Assembly: GCA_964433785.1 (NCBI GenBank)
Contig: CAYSTL010000001.1
Location: forward strand, 28,324 to 92,323
Reading direction: 5' to 3'
Length of the DNA: 64,000 nt
DNA from: an uncultured Thermoplasmata archaeon
GTDB lineage: Archaea; Thermoplasmatota; Thermoplasmata; Halarchaeoplasmatales; Halarchaeoplasmataceae
Shown: one piece after another, positions 28,072 through 38,978 of the stretch
How the letters are laid out: each line of letters begins with the position of its first letter
Position numbering within the stretch: the stretch's first letter is position 1
Made by a program: the position numbers and the translations under genes
Notes under the pieces: generated by a model
The model's database searches: none
What the model saw: the letters and a program-made list of their open reading frames with translations, nothing else
What the model was told of the DNA's origin: nothing

Positions 28072-29181
28072 TCATTTCAAAGGCCATCTTTCGACTTCTA
28101 ATCTGTCATCGGTAGGATACTCTTCTATCCCAAAGCATTCATATTCTATTTCATCATAGATCTCATCCAATATATCTAACGCGATCTCAACCCTGCTCTT
28201 CTCCTCATCGAACCATACCATCTCATCAGGGATCTCATATCTTTCTTTCAATACATCCACAAATCCTTCAGGATCATCTGCTAAAATTATCCCTCTTATC
28301 AAAATACCCTCTTCAGTGATTATATCTCCAGGTTTAGCTACATTTTCCGCTCTTCTTTGTATCCTCTTTCTCAGTTGAACTCCATCTTTAAATGATGAGG
28401 AACAATAATGTACCGATGTGTGAAAATCTTCTTTCAAGAATTTCATAGCGAACTCCTGACTCCCTTTCACAGCACCAGATATGTCACTCTTCTTTTTGTA
28501 ACCTCTTTCAACCAGTTCTTTCCAATTTGTTGAAGAGAATTCAAGTTCATTTAGATTAACGAAGTCAAGAAGCGGACCTAATCTTTTCAATAGATGGTGT
28601 GTTCCGTGTTTTTCTTCTGGAATACTCGGGATTTCAACACCAACATCAACATCAAGCTTTTTGAGGTCTTCTAGAAGTATGGGATATTCAGTTTCCTCTA
28701 TAGTCTCCCATAATTTAACAGGTGGATGAAATCTGATCTCATCCAAGCCTGCACCGATAGCTCTTCTGATCTTATCCATGTCTGTTATCTGTGTGTATAG
28801 ATGTATGTGGTGTTCAGGACCAAAATGTGCTTTTAGCATCTTTATATATTCAAAGGTATCATTACACAATAAAGGGTCTCCACCAGTGATGCCTGTTCCA
28901 GTAGCATCTATCATTTCAGCTTCATCTATGATCTCTTCTGTAGTTTCGACCTTTTTTTCATTGGAATAGATCACATCCTTCCCTTTCTTCTTTTCTGATA
29001 AAGGGCAGTACCAGCAGACTCCTTTACATCTACCTGTAACTAGAAGTACCATCTTACTGCCATTACGACAGTGCTGACAACCGACTGGAAGTTCACCAGT
29101 ATATGCCGAATCTTTCTCCATCTCGTTTATTTTCACGATTTTTAAACCTACATCAACATAAATAAACCTTTTCGCATTCAA
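28072..29181 (-). CDS. radical SAM protein (uncharacterised archaeal family)
   Basis: 369 aa. CKGVCWYC CxxxCxxC cluster motif, preceded by CQHC. Confidence 0.7.
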   Translation of the reverse strand: MNAKRFIYVDVGLKIVKINEMEKDSAYTGELPVGCQHCRNGSKMVLLVTGRCKGVCWYCPLSEKKKGKDVIYSNEKKVETTEEIIDEAEMIDATGTGITGGDPLLCNDTFEYIKMLKAHFGPEHHIHLYTQITDMDKIRRAIGAGLDEIRFHPPVKLWETIEETEYPILLEDLKKLDVDVGVEIPSIPEEKHGTHHLLKRLGPLLDFVNLNELEFSSTNWKELVERGYKKKSDISGAVKGSQEFAMKFLKEDFHTSVHYCSSSFKDGVQLRKRIQRRAENVAKPGDIITEEGILIRGIILADDPEGFVDVLKERYEIPDEMVWFDEEKSRVEIALDILDEIYDEIEYECFGIEEYPTDDRLEVERWPLK

Positions 29182-29215
29182 AATCTTTTTAGGGCTTAAG
29201 ATAATTCGTTATAAT

Positions 29216-30025
29216 ATGATAAGATTAGGACCAGGTGGTACTCCACACGGCGTTAGTGGTACTAAAGACAGCATGAAATATCTTGCGGAAGAAGGACTGA
29301 ATGCTATGGAAGTTCAGTTCGTGAGAGGAGCTAGGATGAAAGACTCAACAGCAGAAGATATCGGTGAGGAAGCTGAAAAACACGGTATTCACCTCACGAT
29401 CCACGGTCCTTATTATATCAACCTCAATTCAGAGAACGAAGATACTATAGAAAAGAGTAAAGAGAGGATAATGAAAAGTTCAAGATTAGGTGATCTGATG
29501 GGTGCTAAGGTGATAACGATCCATGCAGGTTATTATTCCGACATGTCTAGTGAAAAAGCTACCGAGATTATCGGTGACGGAGTTGTTGAATGTGGTGAAA
29601 AGATCAAAGAAGAAGGTCTCGACGTGAAGATAGGCCTAGAGCAGATGGGAAGAAAAAAGAGCTGGGGGACTTTGGACGAGATCGAAAAGGTCTTAGAAAG
29701 GACAGATGAAGCAGTTCCCGTTTTGGACTTTGCCCATTACCACGCTAGATATGGTGGGATACTTCAGGAAGAAGAAGATTTCAGAGACTTGTTAGATCAG
29801 TTCGAATCAATATATGATGGTCCATTACACTCACATTTCTCATCCATAAAATACAATGAGACTGGGGAAAAAGAACATCTCAATTTGGAAGATTATCAAC
29901 CTGATTTCAGACAGTTAGCACCTATATTGAAAGAAAAGGACTACGATATCACAATAATCTCAGAAACACCTGAACTGGACAGAGACAGTTTAAAGATGAA
30001 GGATATCTTGGATCTAGATTTTTAA
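29216..30025 (+). CDS. AP-endonuclease-2 / endonuclease IV-like TIM-barrel protein
   Basis: 269 aa. IHGPYYINLNS, ITIHAGY, GLEQMG and LDFAHYHA resemble the Nfo/xylose-isomerase-like TIM-barrel motif order. Confidence 0.55.
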   Translation: MIRLGPGGTPHGVSGTKDSMKYLAEEGLNAMEVQFVRGARMKDSTAEDIGEEAEKHGIHLTIHGPYYINLNSENEDTIEKSKERIMKSSRLGDLMGAKVITIHAGYYSDMSSEKATEIIGDGVVECGEKIKEEGLDVKIGLEQMGRKKSWGTLDEIEKVLERTDEAVPVLDFAHYHARYGGILQEEEDFRDLLDQFESIYDGPLHSHFSSIKYNETGEKEHLNLEDYQPDFRQLAPILKEKDYDITIISETPELDRDSLKMKDILDLDF

Positions 30026-30032
30026 AAATAGT

Positions 30033-32447
30033 TTAACTTATCCTGGTAACCTGAGATATTCCATCCCTTTTATCCACCAGATACTCTACATCAGCTAGAT
30101 TTACTATCTCATTCTCATGAGAAACGATTATGACCTGATCGGCTGTTATCTTCTCCATCACATCCTTTAACCTGGTCAACTGCTCTCTACTGAAACCTGT
30201 GGTGGGTTCATCTAATACCAGTAGATTACTCTTCAGACCTAACTCTTTCTTTATCATGGTGTTGAAAGCTAAACGATAAGCCAATGCTACAGAGGTCCTT
30301 TCGCCACCACTGAGATCATCTACAGAAGTTTCATTGGTCTGCACTCTGACTATGGGTGTGAAATTCTCATCAAGTTTAGCGGTGATATCCGGATCATCTA
30401 ATATCTCGTTGAACCATCCCTGAAAGTAATCCTCAAAATCTCTATTTATCTGTGCCATCCTGCTCTCTTCCATAGCCTTAATACTTTCTTCAAAATCTCC
30501 CGTCATCCATGCACGTAATTTCTGATACTTCTTAGCCTTCTTTCTGCTCTCCTCCATCTTTTGTATCTCTTCTTTTCTATCTTCTATGTCCTTTTCTATC
30601 CTATCGATCTCACTCTCGATATTTTTTGACCTCTCCTGTAGTTGACTGGTCAATCTCAATAGTCCCTGATGCTTATCCTTTATCTCTTCAAATTCTTCTC
30701 TTGAAAACTCCTCTGATATCTCTTCATGTCTTTCTCTCAATTTATGTAGCTCTTCTTCAGTACTTTTCAATCTCTCTTTTTTACTTTCTTTTTTGTTCAC
30801 TAGATCATCCTTCTTGCTGACTTTCTCTTTAAGACCGATATATTCATCTCTATATGCTCTCAGGTCTTTCTTTCTTCTTTCAAGTTCCTTTAGATCTTCT
30901 TTATCATATTCGTAAGAATCGATCTCTTCTTCTATTTCAGATATATCATCCCTGTATTCCTCGACCCTTTCTTTGATATCTTCAAGATCTTCAGTCTCTT
31001 TCTTGAGTCTTTCTTTTTCCTTCCTTTTGTACTCCAGATTCCTTTCTTTTGATTCGAGTTGATCTACTTCTTCATCTAGTTTTTCTAGTTTCTTTTTTAT
31101 CTCATTCTTATCTTTCACAAGTTCTTTTTTATCTCCGATAAAATCTTCCTTCCTCTCTTTGAGTTCTTCTATGATCTCATCTATATGTTCCTGAGTGATA
31201 GGCTGCTTACACTTTGGACATTCCCCTTCACCCTCTAGCTCATTCATCTCTTTGATCTCGTTTTCGGCCTCTTGGATATCATTATTCAAAACTCTGATCT
31301 TTCCCTTCACATCGTTGAGATCATCCCTTAGATCATCCCTCTCTTGTCTTTTATAATCTAATTTATCTATCTCTGGGATCAGATCCTCTATCTCCTCTTC
31401 GAGTGTGATTATCTTATCCGAGTTTTCCTTCATTTTCTCCAGTTTTTCTTCTTGATTCTTTAATCGAAGTTTAAGGGCTTCTAGCTTTCTCTCTTTTTTC
31501 TCTTTCTCATCTATCACATCTTTGACTTCTTCGACCTTTTCGACGAGTTCTTCATACTCCTCTTTCTTTCCCTTTATCTCGTTCAGTCTTTCTTCACCCT
31601 CTTTGATCTCTTCAAGTTCATCGTCTAATTCTTCAATATCCTCTTCTAGATCATCGATAACTTCATCTTTTCTTTCTATCTTATTCTCAAGTTCTTTTAT
31701 CTTCTCGTTGAGTTCTTCCAGCTCTTCTTTCTCTTCTTCTGTCTCCTCCAACTCTTCTTTCTTACTTTTTAGTTTACTTTCGATCTCAGTTTTTTCTTCC
31801 TTCTTCTCTCCCAATCCTTCCTTATCCTCTTCCAATCTTTTCTTCACTTCATCTATCCTCTCAGCCCTTGTTTCCAATTTAGTTATCTCGTTGTCCATCT
31901 CTTTTTTGATAACCCTGATATTATCTACAGCTCTTTTGTAATCCTCCAGATTGAATATCTTTCTGATAGATTCCAATCTCTCATCATCCCTCATCGAAAG
32001 GATAGCCTTCATCTCTTCCTGTGGGGTGTATATAGACATGTGGAAAGTATCAACACTCCCTCTAGCACCTTCTCTCAATTCGAGTAAATCGACTATCTTC
32101 TCCCTCATCTCCTGCCATGAAAGCTCCATCTTAGTATCATTTCTTTCTATGTAGGATTCATCAGCATGTATAGAATCACTCCTTCTTTTGATACTCCTGA
32201 ATGCTGTATAATCGACATCATCTACCTCAAAAGTCAGTTCTACACTAGCTTTCTTCGCACCATGTCTCATTATCTTATCATAAAAATTACGCTGAGTTCC
32301 ACCGAAAAGTACGAACTCTAAGGAATACAGTATCGAAGATTTGCCAGAACCGATATCACCCTGGAATATCAAAACTCCATCTTCAAAATCTATAGTTTCA
32401 TCTTTATAACTTCTGATATTCTTGATCTTCATCTTCTTTAAAAGCAT
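30033..32447 (-). CDS. rad50: DNA double-strand break repair ATPase Rad50
   Basis: 804 aa. Walker A QGDIGSGKSS. Long E/K coiled coil with a CPKC zinc hook. Signature LSGGE and Walker B LLVLDEPT. Confidence 0.9.
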   Translation of the reverse strand: MLLKKMKIKNIRSYKDETIDFEDGVLIFQGDIGSGKSSILYSLEFVLFGGTQRNFYDKIMRHGAKKASVELTFEVDDVDYTAFRSIKRRSDSIHADESYIERNDTKMELSWQEMREKIVDLLELREGARGSVDTFHMSIYTPQEEMKAILSMRDDERLESIRKIFNLEDYKRAVDNIRVIKKEMDNEITKLETRAERIDEVKKRLEEDKEGLGEKKEEKTEIESKLKSKKEELEETEEEKEELEELNEKIKELENKIERKDEVIDDLEEDIEELDDELEEIKEGEERLNEIKGKKEEYEELVEKVEEVKDVIDEKEKKERKLEALKLRLKNQEEKLEKMKENSDKIITLEEEIEDLIPEIDKLDYKRQERDDLRDDLNDVKGKIRVLNNDIQEAENEIKEMNELEGEGECPKCKQPITQEHIDEIIEELKERKEDFIGDKKELVKDKNEIKKKLEKLDEEVDQLESKERNLEYKRKEKERLKKETEDLEDIKERVEEYRDDISEIEEEIDSYEYDKEDLKELERRKKDLRAYRDEYIGLKEKVSKKDDLVNKKESKKERLKSTEEELHKLRERHEEISEEFSREEFEEIKDKHQGLLRLTSQLQERSKNIESEIDRIEKDIEDRKEEIQKMEESRKKAKKYQKLRAWMTGDFEESIKAMEESRMAQINRDFEDYFQGWFNEILDDPDITAKLDENFTPIVRVQTNETSVDDLSGGERTSVALAYRLAFNTMIKKELGLKSNLLVLDEPTTGFSREQLTRLKDVMEKITADQVIIVSHENEIVNLADVEYLVDKRDGISQVTRIS

Positions 32448-33865
32448 CAGTTATCACCTCCAAAATCGGACAGAGTGATCTGACCTTTGTTTTTCTTTTG
32501 TTCATTACTCTTATCTTCTTGATTTTCTTCTACTTTTTTCTCCACTTCCTCTCTTTTTGTTTCTATTTCCTTTTCTTCTGTACCCTCTTTTTGCTCTTTA
32601 GAATCCTTTTCTTCATCAACCTCAGATTCAATTTCAGATTTTACTTCATCTTCTTTCTCTTCTGCTCTCTCCTTATAATCATCTATATTCTGAAGTATAT
32701 GCCATGACTCCTCCCATATCCTGTTTTCATAATCTGATTTCGTTTCACCCTCTTTCTGCTTCTCTTTAAGTACTTTGAGTAAATCTTCAGCAAATTGTAC
32801 AGGTACATTATCAGGAGAAGTGTACTCGTTCAACACCCTTTCTTCAAGCTCTTCCTCTTTCTCCTGCTTGACCTTTATCCTTTCAGTCTCCTTTCCTTCC
32901 AGATTTCTTCTATTCAGATATACAGTTTCTGCACCATTCTCTTCTATTCTTTTCCTTATCCTGTTGAAATCGATATCTTCGGGATAGCCTTCAGTAAGGG
33001 TACCTTTTACTTTCAGAAGCACTACATCATCTGCAATATCCTTCTCAGAGAGCTTCAATAACTCGTCTTCAAGCTCATCTATCGTCCATCCATCCGCAAT
33101 TATGATCTCTCTTTTTATATCAGCCACATTAATGGGTACATACTCTTTCTCCCAATCATCAACGATGAACATCCCTCTGTGGATATCTTTCTCAAGATCG
33201 GTATAAGAAGAACCAAAAGTCGGACCGGGATACACTATAGGAACACCTTCTTTCTCATCCACTAGTTTCCTGTGGATATGTCCCCCGGCATAATACTTGT
33301 ATCCCTCAGGTAAAGAAGATTTAGGAACAGTCTTTTCTTCGTGTATGTCAGCTGGCTTCATCTCGGTGATCGGGGAGTGGAAAACAAATATCGATTCATC
33401 ATCCGGTTCTTTAAAATCCAGATTTTGATAGTAGCTCACATCCATCCTATTCTTTCTACCGCTCAATCCAGCTATCGAAACACCAGTAGGATCTGTAACA
33501 TGTTCAAGACTTCCTTCATCATCCAAATAATGTACGACTTTCTTAAAAACATCTGCACTCTCTAACACATCTATCAACGAAGCTCTAGAGATGTTAAAAT
33601 CATGAGAACCATAAACAGAATAAACACTTATACCGTTTCTGCGTGCTTTCATCAGAGACTGGACAGCCCTATTGACTACATCCATATCTGGATGAGGATT
33701 GTGGAATAGATCACCTGCTATTATCATAAAATCAACATTTCTATCAATACTGATCTTTACAGCCTTTTCAAAAGCCTTCAGATTGTATTCACGGAGAACA
33801 GGATTCCTACCGAAAGCACCTAGATGACAATCTGCGATATGTGAAAATTTTACCAATCTTATCAC
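32447..33865 (-). CDS. mre11: DNA double-strand break repair nuclease Mre11
   Basis: 472 aa. Phosphoesterase motifs [23 protein letters not shown]. Acidic/KE-rich C-terminal tail. Confidence 0.9.
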   Translation of the reverse strand: MIRLVKFSHIADCHLGAFGRNPVLREYNLKAFEKAVKISIDRNVDFMIIAGDLFHNPHPDMDVVNRAVQSLMKARRNGISVYSVYGSHDFNISRASLIDVLESADVFKKVVHYLDDEGSLEHVTDPTGVSIAGLSGRKNRMDVSYYQNLDFKEPDDESIFVFHSPITEMKPADIHEEKTVPKSSLPEGYKYYAGGHIHRKLVDEKEGVPIVYPGPTFGSSYTDLEKDIHRGMFIVDDWEKEYVPINVADIKREIIIADGWTIDELEDELLKLSEKDIADDVVLLKVKGTLTEGYPEDIDFNRIRKRIEENGAETVYLNRRNLEGKETERIKVKQEKEEELEERVLNEYTSPDNVPVQFAEDLLKVLKEKQKEGETKSDYENRIWEESWHILQNIDDYKERAEEKEDEVKSEIESEVDEEKDSKEQKEGTEEKEIETKREEVEKKVEENQEDKSNEQKKNKGQITLSDFGGDN

Positions 33866-35370
33866 CCAAAGAATTCCAATGTCTTATTATCGTTCTTTTC
33901 ATCACTCTCTTCAACAACATCCCCGAAGAAATCTATCTTTATAGGAACCGCGAATTTAGTAAATATACTGCTGACAATAGCTTCACCCTTATCCAAACTA
34001 GCGATGTTCTTACTATCCTTAGAGAGATCTTGTGCAGCACTACCTATGATAGCGTCTCTTTCGCTCTTCATCTCGTTACCGAGTATTATCTTTGTGTTCA
34101 TGTTTGCTAATATCTCTCTAGGTATCATGCTGGAAAGCTGAGTTATCGCGATCAGTCCAACTCTGAACTTACGTCCCTCTCTAGCTATCTGGTGGAACAC
34201 GTTCCTACCAGCCCTATCACCTAGAACTCTCGGAGCCTCTTCTATAACCACACTCACTGTTGGTTTGTCTTTCAGCTCACCTTTTTCTTTATAACCTTTA
34301 TATCTTGTAAACAATCGCTCAGTGATTATCCCAGCTATCAACAACTCCTTTTCCTGCGGCATCGAGCTCGTATCCAAGATCACCTTTTTACCTTTCTCTA
34401 TAGCGTTCACTACATCATCGACCAAGCTCTCGCTTCCATCGGTCACGAAAATATTCCCTTTGGGCCTCACTTCACCGTTTTTTACACCAAGGTCAAAGGT
34501 CAGTTTCAATTTTCTTTTCAGTGCATCGAGTGTAGTTTCCTGAACACCATAACCGCTGATCTCCTCCGAAGTAGCAGTCAAGATAGCTTCCAGCCAATCT
34601 CTTCGATAGTGCTGATAGAACACATACATTGCTTGGCTCTGAGCATCGCTAAGGTCAACGATTCCGTTCAGGTTCCAGGGTTTCAATACCGATACATTGA
34701 TCCTTAAACTTATACCACCTTTGGGTGGATTTGTGGAGTAATAATCAACTTTCTTATCAGATTCCGGATGATCTTTCGCACCCTTCTCATTCCTACCATA
34801 ATACTCATCGTGAGGATCTATAACCAAAACACCACAGTATTCTTTAGGTATCAGGTTCCACAACATAACCTTGACCAGGTTACTCTTACCTCTACCAGTT
34901 GTAGCCGGGATCAAAATATGATGAGAAAGAGCCTTCTTTCCATTGATATGTATCGGCACCTCCAGAACCTGGGTTCCGCTCCTTATCTTCCCTAGATATA
35001 AGCTGTTCTCAGGTTCTTCCAGAAAATGAAAATCTTTTTTACTGACTCTATCTAAACTTCCAAAGAATTTCGGCAGAGTCTTAGGTATCTTTGGCTCACC
35101 ATCTCTGATCTGCACCAATGGCTTGGCTTTTGCATAGGTGTAATTCCTGATCTCTTCCTCCATCAAACTTGTCTCTTCATAACCCTCCAGTTCCATCCCA
35201 CTCATACGTGCTAAATCATCATCTTCAAGCAGGGAACCATATGACAGGTCGTGGACCTGCATTATAACATCATCTATAGAAAGCAGGTCTCCGATCTCGA
35301 TGATCTCTCCGCTCTTCTGTCTGATCAAAACTTCTCCATATTCTCCTCCGATTATCTGACCTATAGGCAT
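33862..35370 (-). CDS. herA: HerA helicase (FtsK/HerA-type ATPase)
   Basis: 502 aa. Walker A TTGRGKSN, Walker B VVIEEA. Operon context with nurA, mre11 and rad50. Confidence 0.9.
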   Translation of the reverse strand: MPIGQIIGGEYGEVLIRQKSGEIIEIGDLLSIDDVIMQVHDLSYGSLLEDDDLARMSGMELEGYEETSLMEEEIRNYTYAKAKPLVQIRDGEPKIPKTLPKFFGSLDRVSKKDFHFLEEPENSLYLGKIRSGTQVLEVPIHINGKKALSHHILIPATTGRGKSNLVKVMLWNLIPKEYCGVLVIDPHDEYYGRNEKGAKDHPESDKKVDYYSTNPPKGGISLRINVSVLKPWNLNGIVDLSDAQSQAMYVFYQHYRRDWLEAILTATSEEISGYGVQETTLDALKRKLKLTFDLGVKNGEVRPKGNIFVTDGSESLVDDVVNAIEKGKKVILDTSSMPQEKELLIAGIITERLFTRYKGYKEKGELKDKPTVSVVIEEAPRVLGDRAGRNVFHQIAREGRKFRVGLIAITQLSSMIPREILANMNTKIILGNEMKSERDAIIGSAAQDLSKDSKNIASLDKGEAIVSSIFTKFAVPIKIDFFGDVVEESDEKNDNKTLEFFG

Positions 35371-35380
35371 ATTATCTACC

Positions 35381-36412
35381 TCATAAATTACTCAATCTAT
35401 CATGAGCATTTGAACAATTGACCTTGTATCTGAGCGATGAGCTCATCTTATTAGAACCCATATTTTTCAGATACTTAACTTCTTCATCCGTCACCCTAGC
35501 TCTTTTATCAGCATCCACCAAACAATATGGATATCCTAAAAAGGTAGGGTCCTTTGCATGTTCTGCAATATGACCCAATACATCCTCAACAGGGGACTCA
35601 AATTCCCTATAAAACTCAGTTCTGAAAGCGTACTCTGAGGACGGATGATATTTCACTATGTACATCTCACCTTTGTGATCTGGATGCTCATTTTCAGCTA
35701 TAGGATGATAATACCATAAACCATCATCAAAATCTTTTGATAATTCCTGAACAGAAGCGATCAATGGATATCCTTTATCAGTCATAAGAGAACTAGTTTT
35801 TGCGAGCCCCACCAGATTCACACCATTATCAACAACACTTTCGTAGGCATCCTCTGCATACTTCCTTTCATCCTCGACAGAGGTTTGAAGCACACCATCT
35901 CTTATCAGAATGTCTCCTTCATACAGATATTCCTTAGCAACATATTTTAGAGTCTTCCATTCCAGATATTTACGGATAGTCTGGGCAGCAGTACTGTGAT
36001 TACCATTTTCAAGTTCATCCTTATTAATCGAATATTCACTTTTCTCTATAGGAACGCTTTCATTCAACGGTCTTAGTTCAACCTTGACACGATCTTCATC
36101 TTTTTTGCATATCAAATAAGAAGTCAACGGGTCCACATTCACTTTTCTCTTACTACCTTCGAATAAGTTGAAATAAATTTTCAACAGATGGACTGAATCC
36201 GTTGGTGATTCGTATATCTTGTTGTTGCCACCATCGACTGAAGCTACTGTCCTCTCACCGGATCTAAATTCAAATGGTTCAAAATTATCTTTAGAAAGAG
36301 AGATAGGTTCATAATACCTACCCTGAGTGAATTGTGGTTTGCCCCACTCTTCTGGTTTACTATCTAGATCATCTATTATATCATACAAATCTTTAAGCAT
36401 CCGTTCCAACAT
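35381..36412 (-). CDS. nurA: NurA 5'-3' nuclease
   Basis: 343 aa. VASVDGGN catalytic-Asp region. Position directly upstream of herA. Confidence 0.75.
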   Translation of the reverse strand: MLERMLKDLYDIIDDLDSKPEEWGKPQFTQGRYYEPISLSKDNFEPFEFRSGERTVASVDGGNNKIYESPTDSVHLLKIYFNLFEGSKRKVNVDPLTSYLICKKDEDRVKVELRPLNESVPIEKSEYSINKDELENGNHSTAAQTIRKYLEWKTLKYVAKEYLYEGDILIRDGVLQTSVEDERKYAEDAYESVVDNGVNLVGLAKTSSLMTDKGYPLIASVQELSKDFDDGLWYYHPIAENEHPDHKGEMYIVKYHPSSEYAFRTEFYREFESPVEDVLGHIAEHAKDPTFLGYPYCLVDADKRARVTDEEVKYLKNMGSNKMSSSLRYKVNCSNAHDRLSNL

Positions 36413-36520
36413 CCCAGAGGCATTACTTAAAGGTTAAGAGGAGAGGTAGATGAAAGTTATTCAAAAATATTTGATACCTATTAGTAAAGTTTAATAAATT
36501 TAATCATTATCTTCTCACAG

Positions 36521-38956
36521 ATGAATCAATTCAGTGGTCAAGTTAAAGACAAAAAAGAATCTATTTTTATCAACAGGGACGAAATCCTAGATAGGTTGAA
36601 CGATATCAAAGAAGATGTGATAGATGGTGATGGCAGAGTTGTATTTTTGAAGGGAGAAAGAGGTATAGGGAAGACACAGATAGCTGAAAAATTTATCGAT
36701 AGGTGTGAAAGAGAGGGTTTCAAAGTTTTCCAAGGAAGATGTTTGTATTACGAAACTTCAGAACCATACATACCTTTTTATGATGCTCTTGAAGGTCACT
36801 TTGATCAGCAACAAGTGGATGAAGAAAAAGAACAGCCTTCTAATATAGGCCTGATGGCACAAAGAGGTCTTAGTTCTTCTCAGCAGGGAAGAAGTCATCT
36901 TGGGCTCATAGGTACTGAGCAGGTGGAAGAAAAAAAGAGTAAAAAATTATCTAGAGATTCAAAAAAAGAGATGATGTTCAATCAACTCACTGATTTCATA
37001 TTAGACACTTCAAAGGAAAGTCCTGTGTTATTATTTTTGGACGACCTTCAGTGGATAGATGAATCTTCATCACAGCTTCTTCATCACCTATCTCGTAATA
37101 TATCTGAAAACAAGGTAATAATCCTGGGTGCTTATCGGCCTGAAGAACTTAAAATAAAGCAAAATGAAAATCCTTTACAAAATACTTTAAGCCGTATGAA
37201 AGAAGAAAAACTTGTCGACATCGTCGAGATACCTAAGATGGACCAGGATGATGTAACTGAACTCATCGAAAAGATGACCGATCAAAAGGAGATACCAGGA
37301 GAATTTATCTGGTCACTATATAATCAAAGTGAAGGTAATCCATTTTACATCGTCGAGTTTATCAATTCATTAAAGGATGATGGATTGCTAGAAGGAGAGA
37401 CTTCATTATCTGAATATAGGACACAGATGTCAGATACTTCAATACCCACATCAGTAAAAGACATAATAGAAAGGAAAATAGATGAGCTTGGTAAAGAAGA
37501 GAAGAAGATATTGATGGTATCATCTCTTATAGGTAGCGACTTCAACTTTGAAGTTTTGGAAAGAGTGATGAAAATAGACGTTTTAGACCTTTTAGATGGG
37601 ATCGATAACCTGATAGATTATGATCTAATAGAGGAGAAGGAAGGAACTGAGGAAGAAATATACACATTCACCCACCTACATACAAGATCTGTTTTACTGG
37701 ATAACATGGGTAAGAGCAGGAAAAGAGTCTATCATCAAAAAATCGGTTCAGTGATAGAAAACTTCTATTCTAACAAGATAGAAGAGCATTATTATGACCT
37801 GAGCAGGCATTACTTCAAAGGTAAAAAATACAACAAGTCATATAAATATTCAGTCGAGGCTGCTGAAAAGGCTGTTGATTCTCTTGACCTTCATACAGCT
37901 ATAGAATATTTTGATAAGGCTATCGAATCTTTACAAAAATCTAGGAACATAGATCATAAAGATGAAAAATACATCGAAGTACTCAACAGGAAGGCTGAGG
38001 TTTGCTATCAGCTAGAAAAGTGGGCCTTGTTAAAACACTCCTATGAAAAGATTATAGAGACTGCCGATAAGATAGACGATGATAAAGATAAAGCTGAAGG
38101 ACTTTTCAACCTGGGTAACCTCTATATCGATCTTAGAGAATTCGAAGAAGGTCTATCTAGAACAGAAAAAGCGTTGAAAATCTTCAGAGTATTGGACGAT
38201 AAAAAGGGAATAGCACGATGTGAAAGAAATATTGGATATATCAAGCAAAATAACAACGAATTCGATGAATCGATAGATCATTACAAAGAATCTATTCAGA
38301 ATTCTGAAGAAATAGGTGACGAAGGTATTTTAGTCTCATCATATTTTGAATTAGGTAGTACATATTCCCTGATAGGCGACCATGAGAATTCTATAAAATT
38401 CTTGGAAAAGAGCATACCGATACTTGAATCTCTAGAGGACTATAGTGATCTCAGCGAAGTTTACAACAGGATGGGAGATCAGTACATGAAAAATGGTGAA
38501 TGGACTAAAGCTAAAAACAGTTTTGATAAATCTATGGAATATTCAGAAAAATTAGATAATAAGATATTCGTAGGTTGGAGTTCATTCAATGCGGCAGAAT
38601 TACTGACTAAAACCTCTGACATCACAGAGGCTAAAAGTTATCTTGCTGAAAGCAAAGAAGTACTAAAAACAACAGATAATAAAGTAGGTCTTGCAGCGGT
38701 CTACAAAGTTGAAGGTATCATAGATAAGATCGAAGGTGACTATGAAAGTGCGGTTGAGAAGTTAGAAAAGTCTATAGATATACTAAAAGAACTGGATATT
38801 CCATTCAAGATCGCTGAATATAAACAGGAATTATCAATCATCTATAAAGAAAGGGGAGATACTTTAGAAGCAGATAAATTGATGAAAGAATCGAGATCTA
38901 TCCTGGATGATCTAAACAAACAGAACCTTCAGGTAGAAATTGAAGGAAAAGTGTAA
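36521..38956 (+). CDS. STAND-type (AAA_16-like) NTPase fused to a C-terminal TPR array, with no recognisable effector or DNA-binding domain
   Basis: 811 aa. Walker A GERGIGKT at about aa 44 and Walker B LLFLDDLQWIDESS. The C-terminal ~400 aa consist of 34-aa TPR-like repeats (for example AEGLFNLGNLYIDLREFEEGLSRTEKALKIF). Confidence 0.7.
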   Translation: MNQFSGQVKDKKESIFINRDEILDRLNDIKEDVIDGDGRVVFLKGERGIGKTQIAEKFIDRCEREGFKVFQGRCLYYETSEPYIPFYDALEGHFDQQQVDEEKEQPSNIGLMAQRGLSSSQQGRSHLGLIGTEQVEEKKSKKLSRDSKKEMMFNQLTDFILDTSKESPVLLFLDDLQWIDESSSQLLHHLSRNISENKVIILGAYRPEELKIKQNENPLQNTLSRMKEEKLVDIVEIPKMDQDDVTELIEKMTDQKEIPGEFIWSLYNQSEGNPFYIVEFINSLKDDGLLEGETSLSEYRTQMSDTSIPTSVKDIIERKIDELGKEEKKILMVSSLIGSDFNFEVLERVMKIDVLDLLDGIDNLIDYDLIEEKEGTEEEIYTFTHLHTRSVLLDNMGKSRKRVYHQKIGSVIENFYSNKIEEHYYDLSRHYFKGKKYNKSYKYSVEAAEKAVDSLDLHTAIEYFDKAIESLQKSRNIDHKDEKYIEVLNRKAEVCYQLEKWALLKHSYEKIIETADKIDDDKDKAEGLFNLGNLYIDLREFEEGLSRTEKALKIFRVLDDKKGIARCERNIGYIKQNNNEFDESIDHYKESIQNSEEIGDEGILVSSYFELGSTYSLIGDHENSIKFLEKSIPILESLEDYSDLSEVYNRMGDQYMKNGEWTKAKNSFDKSMEYSEKLDNKIFVGWSSFNAAELLTKTSDITEAKSYLAESKEVLKTTDNKVGLAAVYKVEGIIDKIEGDYESAVEKLEKSIDILKELDIPFKIAEYKQELSIIYKERGDTLEADKLMKESRSILDDLNKQNLQVEIEGKV

Positions 38957-38978
38957 AAAAAGAAATAAAAGGTATTTT

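Noticed and set aside
31522-31941. 139-aa poly-Ser/Phe ORF, with other small plus-strand ORFs across 30.6-33.6 kb
   Set aside because: They are antisense to the rad50/mre11 coiled-coil and KE-rich regions and are compositional artefacts.
30033-33865. Highly repetitive GAA/AAG-rich DNA that could be mistaken for a satellite or CRISPR-like array
   Set aside because: There is no fixed-period repeat/spacer structure. The repetitiveness is the E/K heptad coding of the Rad50 coiled coil and the Mre11 tail.
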